DNA of 64,000 bases. It comes from Basidiobolus meristosporus CBS 931.73. Lineage: Eukaryota > Fungi > Basidiobolomycota. The notes below the pieces were generated by a model. It worked only from the letters and a program-made list of their open reading frames with translations, was not told the origin of the DNA and ran no database searches. This document shows, one piece after another, positions 63,084 to 64,000 of the stretch (its first letter is position 1; each line of letters starts with the position of its first letter). Position numbers and translations under genes: made by a program. The stretch lies in assembly GCA_002104905.1 (NCBI GenBank), contig MCFE01000002.1:248001-312000 (forward strand). Reading direction: 5' to 3'.

Positions 63084-63602
63084 AGGAAAGTCACCAAGTG
63101 GTGAAATCTTTATTTACTTATGACAAGTATCTAAAGAAGCCAAGTTAATCTGAAGTAATTCCTAGAAAGCTAGGTCTGAGAGATATCTTCCTGGTAAGCC
63201 AGGTCTGAGAGTTGAGAAGCTGAGTGGTACTATATTTCCTAGTTAGCTAGGTCTGAGAGAGGTTTCCTGGAAAGCCAGGCCTGAGAAGTGAGAATCTGAA
63301 TATATCTGAGCTAAGTTTTACTGGTTTGCGGTAGCTGAATTGTGGCCGGAATGGCCAGTAGACTGGGGGAACTGAGATGAATTTCTGGGCGATCACTGGC
63401 CAAATTTACTAGGCAAATCTGACCAATTAGCATTTCAAGGATTTCAGCCAATCAGAGCCTTTACTTTGCCCGATGGTTGATCAAGCCATCTCCCAATGAG
63501 CACACATCAATTTATTGATCAAATTTTGCTGGATCCAGGATTTGAACCCACAACCATGGGTATGAAAGGGTTAGGGATAACCACAAGGCTAAGTGTTCTT
63601 GG
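63084..63602 (-). mobile_element. Full-length SINE-like element D1 (~520 bp): tRNA-like head, hairpin-repeat body, LINE-shared 3' tail
   Basis: Minus-strand A-box TAGCCTTGTGG (63591-63581) about 11 nt from the 5' end; B-box GGTTCAAATCC (63548-63538) 32 nt further; no ORF; 3' tail matches units A and B; TTAGGG on both sides. Confidence 0.78.
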
Positions 63603-63632
63603 TTAGGGTTAGGGTTAGGGTTAGGGTTAGGG
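63603..63632 (+). repeat. Telomeric repeat (TTAGGG)5
   Basis: Five perfect TTAGGG units. Confidence 0.95.
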
Positions 63633-63807
63633 GAGGAAAGTCACCAAGTGGTGAAATCTTTATTTACTTATGACAAGTATCTAAAGAAGCCAAGTTAATC
63701 TGAAGTTATTCCTAGAAAGCTAGGTCTGAGAGATATCTTCCTGGTAAGCCAGGTCTGAGAGTTGAGAGGCTGAGAGGTACTATATTTCCTAGTTAGCTAG
63801 GTCTGAG
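63633..63807 (-). mobile_element. 5'-truncated SINE-like copy D2 (175 bp)
   Basis: Near-identical to the 3' part of D1, with substitutions (GAAGTTATT vs GAAGTAATT; GAGAGGCTGAGAGG vs GAGAAGCTGAGTGG). Confidence 0.85.
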
Positions 63808-63831
63808 GGTTAGGGTTAGGGGTTAGGGGGG
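63808..63831 (+). repeat. Telomeric seed GG-TTAGGG-TTAGGGG-TTAGGGGGG
   Basis: Read directly; contains a variant TTAGGGG unit. Confidence 0.9.
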
Positions 63832-64000
63832 AGGAAAGTCACCAAGTGGTGAAATCTTTATTTACTTATGACAAGTATCTAAAGAAGCCAAGTTAATCTG
63901 AAGTTATTCCTAGAAAGCTAGGTCTGAGAGATATCTTCCTGGTAAGCCAGGTCTGAGAGTTGAGAAGCTGAGTGGTACTATATTTCCTAGTTAGCTAGGT
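63832..64000 (-). mobile_element. SINE-like copy D3, runs off the window
   Basis: Same 3' tail and hairpin body as D1 and D2. Confidence 0.85.

Noticed and set aside
63530-63602. Functional tRNA gene on the minus strand
   Set aside because: A/B boxes are present but acceptor, D and anticodon stems do not pair properly; treated as a tRNA-derived SINE head.
63084-64000. D1-D3 as an assembly collapse or duplication artefact
   Set aside because: The copies differ by substitutions, length and junction G-run, which argues for independent insertions; long-read confirmation is still advisable.

Overview
This is a 64-kb window of a gene-dense, short-intron eukaryotic genome. Gene content and TTAGGG repeats point to a fungus, probably an early-diverging lineage (inference). 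Positions 1-~50.4 kb hold about 28 host genes: MKT1, an NSUN methyltransferase, EXO1, a RasGEF, a Zn2Cys6 TF, CreA/Mig1, aprataxin, an NmrA-like protein, NC2-beta, MAF1, APC1, a securin, a sphingomyelin-synthase-family enzyme, an inositol polyphosphate kinase, PTC7, a secreted GH37 trehalase, PTR2, an AUH-like hydratase, SH3BGR-like, a secreted Kex2-type repeat protein, a BRF2-like TFIIB factor, SYF2, SEC61, MRPL45/Mba1-like, MRPL32 and an Sds3-like protein. From ~52.2 kb the sequence becomes CpG-poor, transposon-only DNA that looks subtelomeric. It contains LTR remnants, a decayed Ty1/copia copy and an intact, very recent copia element (349-bp LTRs differing at 1 nt, CATAG TSD, half-tRNAiMet PBS) nested in a LINE fragment. 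The main discovery is the head-to-tail array from 59.8 to 64 kb. All units lie on the minus strand with their 3' ends facing inward, are separated by TTAGGG seeds, and share one 3' stem-loop tail with no poly(A). The array comprises two diverged LINE reverse-transcriptase units and three copies (one full-length) of a ~520-bp non-coding element with a tRNA-like A/B-box head, an internal CCCTAACCC and four covarying tetraloop hairpins. I read it as a telomere-targeted LINE/SINE partnership. Exon boundaries were read by eye and no searches were run.
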